Below are positions 57,071 through 64,000 of a DNA stretch of 64,000 nucleotides, piece by piece. Source of the stretch: an uncultured archaeon. GTDB lineage: Archaea; Thermoproteota; Nitrososphaeria; Nitrososphaerales; Gagatemarchaeaceae. The stretch covers positions 1,856,001 through 1,920,000 of the forward strand of contig CAWCYD010000003.1 in NCBI GenBank assembly GCA_963799775.1. Reading direction: 5' to 3'. Positions within the stretch are counted from its first letter, which is position 1. Each line of letters starts with the position of its first letter. The position numbers and the translations under genes are program-made. A model generated the notes under the pieces. That model saw only the letters and a program-made list of their open reading frames with translations, did no database searches and was not told where the DNA came from.

Positions 57071-57104
57071 GCAAGGCGGCATTTCCGAGGAGCCCGGCCG
57101 TCCG

Positions 57105-57665
57105 CTAGATCGGATGAAAATAGCGACGATGAAGAAACGAGTGCCGTCCGTTGTAGTGGGTTGGTAGCTCCTTGCCAGAAATTCCTGGGGGGAGCGGACT
57201 TCCTCTCTCATATGTCACTATGAAGTCCTTGACGCTTGCGACAGGGCCGGCTATCGCCGCATCCGTTATTCTGACAACCTCTCTTTGACTAGGACCACGG
57301 CTCAGGCTGTAAGTGAGCTTGTAGAAGAAGAGCGAGTCTAGCACTTGCTTTTTGCTATTCGAAATCACGCTGCTCGAGCACAACCAAGAATAGGGCCGAG
57401 CGCCATCTTCCGTCTTGATGTTCACGTAGACTTCGCTGGGAAAGCTGAGAATGAGATCGTATCCCGGACCCGATTTCCGGTTTAGGAGATTCGGATGATT
57501 TGTCAGCAGGAAATCTATTACCAGTTTTTCCAGGATGTCGGAAATCGAGCGCTTGGAGAGCGGAATCTCGTTCCTCCCCACGGTCGATTGAACCTGCTGC
57601 TCGTCAAGGAATTGGGGAACTCCGTGAAATGCCCTCGCAAGCATTTCTCTATCGGATTTCGGCAA
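57105..57665 (-). CDS. Putative type II restriction endonuclease-like protein
   Basis: SDILE..YDLI..VNIK; adjacent to an MTase fragment. Confidence 0.5.
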   Translation of the reverse strand: MPKSDREMLARAFHGVPQFLDEQQVQSTVGRNEIPLSKRSISDILEKLVIDFLLTNHPNLLNRKSGPGYDLILSFPSEVYVNIKTEDGARPYSWLCSSSVISNSKKQVLDSLFFYKLTYSLSRGPSQREVVRITDAAIAGPVASVKDFIVTYERGSPLPPGISGKELPTHYNGRHSFLHRRYFHPI

Positions 57666-57686
57666 TCACGAGTACTTCGATTTTCT

Positions 57687-57974
57687 ATGGTTAAAGGCTT
57701 CTTTCCAGATGGCTTTGGGTTCATCCCTTACGAGACAATCAACAGCAGGAGCGAGAGGCCCCATCCGGCGACCTTCCCCATTCGCTTGCCCGAGATGTGC
57801 ATCAAGCTCCACGGCATCCGCGAAGACCTCGTCGTGCTAGACCCCTTCCTGGGAATCGGAACGACCGCACTGGCCTCTCTCAGGCTTGGTGTGTCGTGTA
57901 TAGGGTTCGAGATTGATCAGAGGTATATGGACGAAGGAATAGCCAGGTTGTCGTCTGCATTAGAGGCATACTGA
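57687..57974 (+). pseudogene. C-terminal fragment of an N6/N4 DNA methyltransferase
   Basis: [23 protein letters not shown]; no N-terminal catalytic motif. Confidence 0.75.
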
Positions 57975-58080
57975 TCGGCCCGTTTAAGGCGGCGGGCGCG
58001 ATTTGCCTCCCTGTCTTACTGAAATACCATTTTTTGATCCGTGAACTTGAAAAAACCGTTATATTCAAGGCCAAGGGACA

Positions 58081-59946
58081 ATGCAGGCGAATTTGTCCCA
58101 AGCACTTATGATTCCCAACAAGGTTCCCAAGCTGGACTTACTTTCTGCCAAGTTTGAAGAATGGGGAAACATCTCAGATCCAGTAAAGAGGTCCAAAGCT
58201 GTTACCGAGTTCTATATGGCTAAGATTCTCGAACCCACTTACTATGGATCCAATGGCGTGCTCACTGACGGCGCAAATGATGGCGGACTCGACGCTTATC
58301 TAGAGATCGATGCAGAGAAGAAAATAATTCTTGTGCAGTGTGTCTGGCTTGACCAAGGTGGCTCATCACTTTCCAAGAAAGACGGAAGAAAATTGCTCCA
58401 CTTCTACGAAGATTACCTATCCAAGAACGAAATTGCGGGTCTGAAGGAAGATGTCGCACAATTTGTTCGGAAATACAATTCGATTTTGAAAGGCTACGAA
58501 TTAGAATTCAGATATGTGACCAATGGCGTTGTCCAAAAGGCTGACGCGTCTGCGTATCCAGCAGCCTTGCAAGTGATAGGTCCAACAATGCTCGATATCG
58601 AACTTTACTGCGCATTCGCGGAAGTCGAACCAGTCAAGAACACCATAGAATTTCGACTTGACGATAAGAAATATTTCGAATGGACGATTCGTACCGATCC
58701 GAATCAGAAGGTGAACGTACTTCAATGCATGGTGAGTGGATTGGATCTCGCTCAAGCGTATCGGATCCACAAAGACAAACTTCTCATGAGGAATCTCCGA
58801 TTTCTTTTGGGAGGAAAAATAAACGAAAGGATTTACGAGACCGCAGAGAAACCTGAGGAGTCCTCCAAGTTTTATCTTTATCATAATGGTATTAGCGTGA
58901 CTTGCGATAAGTACGAGTTTGTGAATAGAGAAGAAGGCGTCGCCGTGAAACTTACTAACGCCCAAATTGTCAATGGGGGACAGTCGACTGCTACTCTTTC
59001 TAAGATCCCTGACGCCATTCTTGACACGATTAGACTGCCGTGCAAAATCTCTCAGACAACCGACACAGGACTTGAACAGTCAATAGCAGAATCAAATAAT
59101 ACACAGAATTCCATAAAACCACTGGATCTAATCGCAAACTCAGACTCGCTCGTTTTTCTTCAAAACTTTGCGGCTGGTATGATTACTCCTCCTATATTTT
59201 TGAAGCGCAAATCGGGCAAAGAGGACTGGAAAAATGTGAAGATGGGAGAAGGTCTGAAAAAGCCCCCATCACTGCGAACTATTCACTATAAAGACGCTGC
59301 ACAAGGATTCTTTGCCTTCTCGGGACATCCCGTGAAAGCCTATGGCGCTCCCACGCCCTATATCACCCCCAATTCGAACGGAATATACCTCAGTATGGTT
59401 AGATACCCTGATCCCAAATTAATGATCGCCGCGGGGCTTCTCACCAAGTACGAAAACGAAGTTGATACGGTCGTTCCAAAATTCACAAAGTACTGGTCTA
59501 CATGGGCTGTGGCTGCATTCGGCCACATTTACAATTATGAGATGACAAACAACAAAACAAAGAAACAGGCGCTTTCAAAAATACTTTCTGAGAAGGGGCC
59601 CGAAACTTGGAAACACCCAATCCGGGGAGAACTCATCAAGCTGTTCGAAGAAATATTTCCGAAGTATTATCCAAAACTACAATTTGGAGAAGACTATCTC
59701 ATGCAAGGATTCTTCAAAGGACAGCAAGAAGTCTTCGATATCGATAAGGTTCGCGGCATCGCGCCGACGGATATCTTGAGTTACATTGGTGTGGGAAAAT
59801 CCGATTTGAAATTGAGCGAGCTCAAGAACGCTCAAAAAATTTCGTTTACTCGATACGATGTCGACTTCGCTGTATTCGCCGCCGCAATGCACAAGGAATT
59901 GGCAGCGGATTCCTCGATACTCAATAGAATTATTGCTTCATTCTGA
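58081..59946 (+). CDS. AIPR family protein
   Basis: DGGLD, NLR..L, FYLYHNGIS, QIVNGGQS, NTQN.I. Confidence 0.88.
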   Translation: MQANLSQALMIPNKVPKLDLLSAKFEEWGNISDPVKRSKAVTEFYMAKILEPTYYGSNGVLTDGANDGGLDAYLEIDAEKKIILVQCVWLDQGGSSLSKKDGRKLLHFYEDYLSKNEIAGLKEDVAQFVRKYNSILKGYELEFRYVTNGVVQKADASAYPAALQVIGPTMLDIELYCAFAEVEPVKNTIEFRLDDKKYFEWTIRTDPNQKVNVLQCMVSGLDLAQAYRIHKDKLLMRNLRFLLGGKINERIYETAEKPEESSKFYLYHNGISVTCDKYEFVNREEGVAVKLTNAQIVNGGQSTATLSKIPDAILDTIRLPCKISQTTDTGLEQSIAESNNTQNSIKPLDLIANSDSLVFLQNFAAGMITPPIFLKRKSGKEDWKNVKMGEGLKKPPSLRTIHYKDAAQGFFAFSGHPVKAYGAPTPYITPNSNGIYLSMVRYPDPKLMIAAGLLTKYENEVDTVVPKFTKYWSTWAVAAFGHIYNYEMTNNKTKKQALSKILSEKGPETWKHPIRGELIKLFEEIFPKYYPKLQFGEDYLMQGFFKGQQEVFDIDKVRGIAPTDILSYIGVGKSDLKLSELKNAQKISFTRYDVDFAVFAAAMHKELAADSSILNRIIASF

Positions 59947-60297
59947 CCAACTGGACAGCGGCGGACCCAAGACTACGGAAAGCAACGCCTGAATGCGTTA
60001 TCGGAAACATGGGCGCTAATATGCACAGTCACTCTATTTCGATTATGTTTAATGTCTACACCACAGCAATATCGCCAATTTACGATTTTCTTTGCATCGA
60101 AGATTAGCGTTCATTATAAGAGATTACGAGAATTTGATGAATATAATCACCACACTCATTAAAGATGAAGAGGAGACTCGAGTGATGCTTCCTCTGTGTG
60201 AGGCGAATAGGGACCTGGTGACGCGGCCGGATGTTTACGTATTCAACGTCACTTTCACAGTGGGGGCGCTGATGTTCATTGACAAGGCGCCATAATC

Positions 60298-60792
60298 TTG
60301 TCTGAAGAGGAACAGCGAAGGGACAGAGAGCTTGAGAATCTGCTGGGCCAGTTTCTCGTATCAGCCTTTCAATCTGATAAGCTGGCCGAAATGATCTCCG
60401 AGAGGCTCCTTTTCTCAAGAGCAAGGGAGATGAGGATCATCCTTCCACGGAGAGATACGGCTCGCCAGCCAATGCTCCTCACAGTGCATATCGAGCCATA
60501 TCTCGGTTCACTTCACAGGAAAGAGGAACGCTCTGAATCGATAAAGGCGATGTGCGTGCTCGAGAGCCCTTCCTTACAAATGATGCCAACAGCTGCAAGG
60601 CAGACAATTCAAGATATGGTGGAAGGAACCATGCGTTGGTGGATGCAGCAGGGGACACTCAAAGGCCTGAGGCTGGAGGGCTGGCAGGTAAAAGTCTCCA
60701 TCCTCGATAGGAAAGACTTCAGGAAGATATCTCAAGTATACGGCCTCCTTGGTAATCTAGAAGCGAATAGAGAAGGCGAGATAACAAGATAA
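60298..60792 (+). CDS. Hypothetical protein
   Basis: 164-aa ORF. Confidence 0.4.
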   Translation: MSEEEQRRDRELENLLGQFLVSAFQSDKLAEMISERLLFSRAREMRIILPRRDTARQPMLLTVHIEPYLGSLHRKEERSESIKAMCVLESPSLQMMPTAARQTIQDMVEGTMRWWMQQGTLKGLRLEGWQVKVSILDRKDFRKISQVYGLLGNLEANREGEITR

Positions 60793-60824
60793 ACCTCGTG
60801 TGGTGCTGTCGGGCCGCTGAGATC

Positions 60825-62694
60825 CTAAACTTCCAGTCTCGATCGGAAGTACTCTTCCGTCGCCTTGTCCAGGAAGCACACGTAGCATCCCTTCATCCCC
60901 CGCGTTAGCAGGACCCGATATGTGTTCTTCACGTTCCGAAGGAACTGCTCCCTGTCCCTCTTGACGACGCTGTCGTACGACTGGCTGGGGTCGCCCACCC
61001 AGGCCTTGCTCCGGGCGTCCCACGTCAGGTCTCTCCCGAAGATCACACCCACATAGTCGAACTCGAACCCCTGTATCGTGTAGATGCAGCCTATCTGCTC
61101 GACTCCCTTCGGGTCGTAGGCCCATAGGTTGCTTCGTGGTATCCCCGGCGCCAATCTTCCCGACTCGGCCTTGGCGTTCCATGGCCGACGATAGTCCCCG
61201 ATGACGACATCATCCACGAGCGTGCCGTCACTGTTCGGATCGGACCAAGGCCAGCAGAACCCAGCGACCATCCTGGCAGAGTTCGGACTCTCAGAGTTCT
61301 TGCGCTCTATCTCTCTGTGGAGCTCCTGCGGGCTGCCAAATATTTTGAACTCCATGTTGTCCTCTTTCGTATGGATGCGGTTGGCGGTCTCCCGTATCCC
61401 TAGCACGTCGTCGACCCAGTTGAGGTAGCCGTCGGAGCCGCCGCACCTGAACTGCGTCTTCAGCTCGAACTCGAACACCTCATCAGTGAACTCTCTTGCC
61501 GCTTCTCTGATCAACTCCGTGCTACCTATCTCCTCGGGTCTGACAACCTGGTGGTCGTCGATGAAGAAGATCGTCACCTTGGAAGCCCGTAAAAGTTCTT
61601 GGATCTGCGGGACGTCTGACCTCGCGTCTCTTCTCGTGTACCTGCTGTTGCTGGTCCTGCGTATCCTGTGGGCCTCGTCGCAGACGAGCACGCCTATCTG
61701 GTTCTCTCCGTAGCCCGAGAAGCTGTTGAAGTACTTGAAGAGAGGCGAGGCCCGCTGCCCGACGACCCTGCGCAGCGTGGTCGTGAACGAAGCCGACCCG
61801 GTGGCATGGTAGACCGATATCTTCTTCGAGAGCAGCTCGGCTATCACGTTAAGGGCGATGGCGGACTTTCCCGTCCCTGGGCCGCCCCTGACGATTATCA
61901 CCGACTTTTTGCCCAGCTTCGCGCTCTTCTTTGCCCTGTCCAGGATGGTGTTGTAAGCGGCAATCTGCTCCTCCAGCAGATTGAAGACGTGCCGGCCCTC
62001 TATCATGTTCCGCGCATGCGCCAGCAATTTCTTCGACGGCGCAATCCTGCTGGAGGAAAACCTGTCAAGGATCAGCTTCCCGCCTCCTCCCGCTAGTCGG
62101 GACTTCAGGTAGTCCGCGAGGCTTGCAAGGTCCATCCTTCGCGAATAATGGATACTCGGAGAGTATCTTCGCGAACCGCTCGTCAAAGAGCACGGCGTCG
62201 CTCCGAGGGTAGTTGTGGCAATAGCATGCCGAGGAGAGGCCGAGCGGCGGGGTCTCCTCGAAGGCCTCGACGAAGTCCTTCAGGTACATGTGATATCCTC
62301 CCACCTGATAGGAGGGGTGCGCCTCCATGCGGTTGGCCCCTCCCACGAACGTGACCACGTTGTTCTCGACGTCGCACTCCTCCGCCTTCGACCACTGCTT
62401 CAGCTCCATCAGGACGACGTTCTCCCCGCCCTTGGGCCCCTTGCCGAATAGCATGCAGTCTATCCTCTGATTGGAGTAGGGGAGCTCGTATTCCACCACT
62501 ATCATGTCTTGCTTGAGCGACGCGTATTCCACGGCGTTCTTCATGAACTGGAGCGAGTTTGTCCAGGATTGCACCTCGCGGGGGTTCGCCATCCTGTAGT
62601 AGTAGGTCTCGTAGGCCTTCTGGAGTTTGTCCGGCATCTCGTTCTTGAGCACATCCTCGTTGAACTGCTCGACCGTGCCGGTGTAGAGCTTCAC
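60825..62694 (-). pseudogene. DUF2075 (Schlafen group 3-like) nuclease-helicase, frameshifted near 62130
   Basis: N-terminal RID..ELKQW; GGPGTGKS, CDEAHR, QFRC, IYTIQGFE, YRVLLTRG. Confidence 0.85.
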
Positions 62695-63153
62695 GCCCTG
62701 TGTCCGTTGGGCTTTCTATTTATCGTTGGGACCTTGCCTCTCACGGATCGAGGCGCGCCTCCGGGCGACCGCGAGGAGAGTGAGCGCTTCAAGGAGGTCT
62801 TTCCTCTCACCTGGCGAGAGGTCTCGGAACTCGTGCGGCCTTCTGACGTTGCGTAGCTGCGAAAGCCTGACGTCGAAGAAGTACGCCTCACCGCCGATAT
62901 TGACCACGGGGAGTCTTCTGGGGGACACCATGGCCTATGGTGCCCCGATTGATAACCACCCACCTCAGATGGAGACGAGTCTTCCACTCATGAGCCAGGT
63001 GTAAGCGCTGTGCGATTGTGGGTCTGACAACTCTCGTTCGCGTGACGTCTCTGGGGAGCTCTAAGAGATGGGTTTCGAGTCAAGAGCAGCTGGGAGCGGG
63101 CTGAAGGTATCATTCGACCCTGCTCAGAGCGATGAACTTGTCACATCCTACAC

Positions 63154-63714
63154 TCAATGCAAGTCTCGGGAAAAGACGATCGAGTCCTTCTTGCCCCACA
63201 GGTTCTTCATGTAACCAGACTCCCTGAATCTGTTCTTCAGATGGAATCGGCGTGCTATCTCATTGTCGTAGTCGCTATCGCTCATGATCTTCCTGAACCC
63301 ACTCTTTGTTGCGTCCTGAACGGCTCTTGTGAGAAGTGCCGACCCAAGTCCGTTCTTACGGTATCCCCCTTCAACGAAGACATCATCAATGTGCAGAATA
63401 CTCCAAAGTGTTCCGCAAATTAGGTAACCCACTATTCTACCGTTTGCGGTTGCGACCAACACGGTCTTTTCCCTGATGCGTAGTCTGATGTGTTCGGCTC
63501 CCAGTTTGAGGTTTTTTGACCACCATTCAGGCCATGATTCTTCGCTTAGTTCCAAAATGCGTCTGAAGTCGTTTGAATGTGCACGCCTTATGCCGATTTT
63601 CTCCGCGTTCACGTTCTGCTCGCGCAACTCCCGGTATAATTGCAATCTCCTTCTAATCGAACCCTGGATATAAACGGCCTGATTCTGGTGAAGTTGAAAG
63701 GCAAACTCCAACAC
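63154..63714 (-). CDS. GNAT acetyltransferase (true start probably downstream)
   Basis: YRKNGLGSALL, N..ARRFH.KN.F. Confidence 0.75.
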   Translation of the reverse strand: MLEFAFQLHQNQAVYIQGSIRRRLQLYRELREQNVNAEKIGIRRAHSNDFRRILELSEESWPEWWSKNLKLGAEHIRLRIREKTVLVATANGRIVGYLICGTLWSILHIDDVFVEGGYRKNGLGSALLTRAVQDATKSGFRKIMSDSDYDNEIARRFHLKNRFRESGYMKNLWGKKDSIVFSRDLH

Positions 63715-64000
63715 GACCCGTTATTATTAGGGGGCCAGCGAATGATCGCGGGGGCGTCAGGTTTGGCATCTATCGACATAGTAGCAATAGCTACAGTCGC
63801 ATCAGATTTTGCAATATTGGGGTCTCTGCTCTTTCTGGCATACCAAATAATACAGCAACGGACAGAAACACGTTATCAACATACCAGGGCGCTAGAAGAG
63901 AAGCGGCGAGAATCCTATGAACGCCTGATGGTTCTCTTCTCCGACACCAGCAAATTCCTGATTGGCCATCCCGAAATTGACAAGTTTGTTCCCCCGTCGA

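Noticed and set aside
63121-63140. Possible further repeat copy (GAGCGATGAAC)
   Set aside because: Too short and degenerate to distinguish from chance.

Overview
Archaeal chromosome segment. The 16S sequence, TBP, lack of an ITS tRNA and lack of a linked 5S suggest a GC-rich Nitrososphaerota/Thaumarchaeota-like lineage (inference). 1-5.5 kb holds housekeeping genes, including a 2-oxoacid:ferredoxin oxidoreductase beta subunit with a LAGLIDADG intein. 5.7-11.4 kb is a 16S-23S rRNA operon with two group I introns in the 23S (L1931, L2500) and canonical bulge-helix-bulge (BHB) processing stems. The main observation is a ~44.5 kb integron-like array (11.4-56 kb) of ~50 one-to-three-gene cassettes, separated by ~54 same-orientation repeats counted by eye (core CCCCGGCGGAG-GCGC-AAT-GAACCC). 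The repeats are copies of the 23S rRNA 3' end plus the 3' strand of the 23S BHB processing stem. Cargo includes surface proteins, about 13 toxin-antitoxin modules, nucleases, a TBP and an FtsZ with an inserted winged-helix domain. No integrase or reverse transcriptase is recognisable in the window. A defence-like region (REase-like, MTase fragment, AIPR, DUF2075) follows. All coordinates were read manually, so repeat boundaries are approximate.
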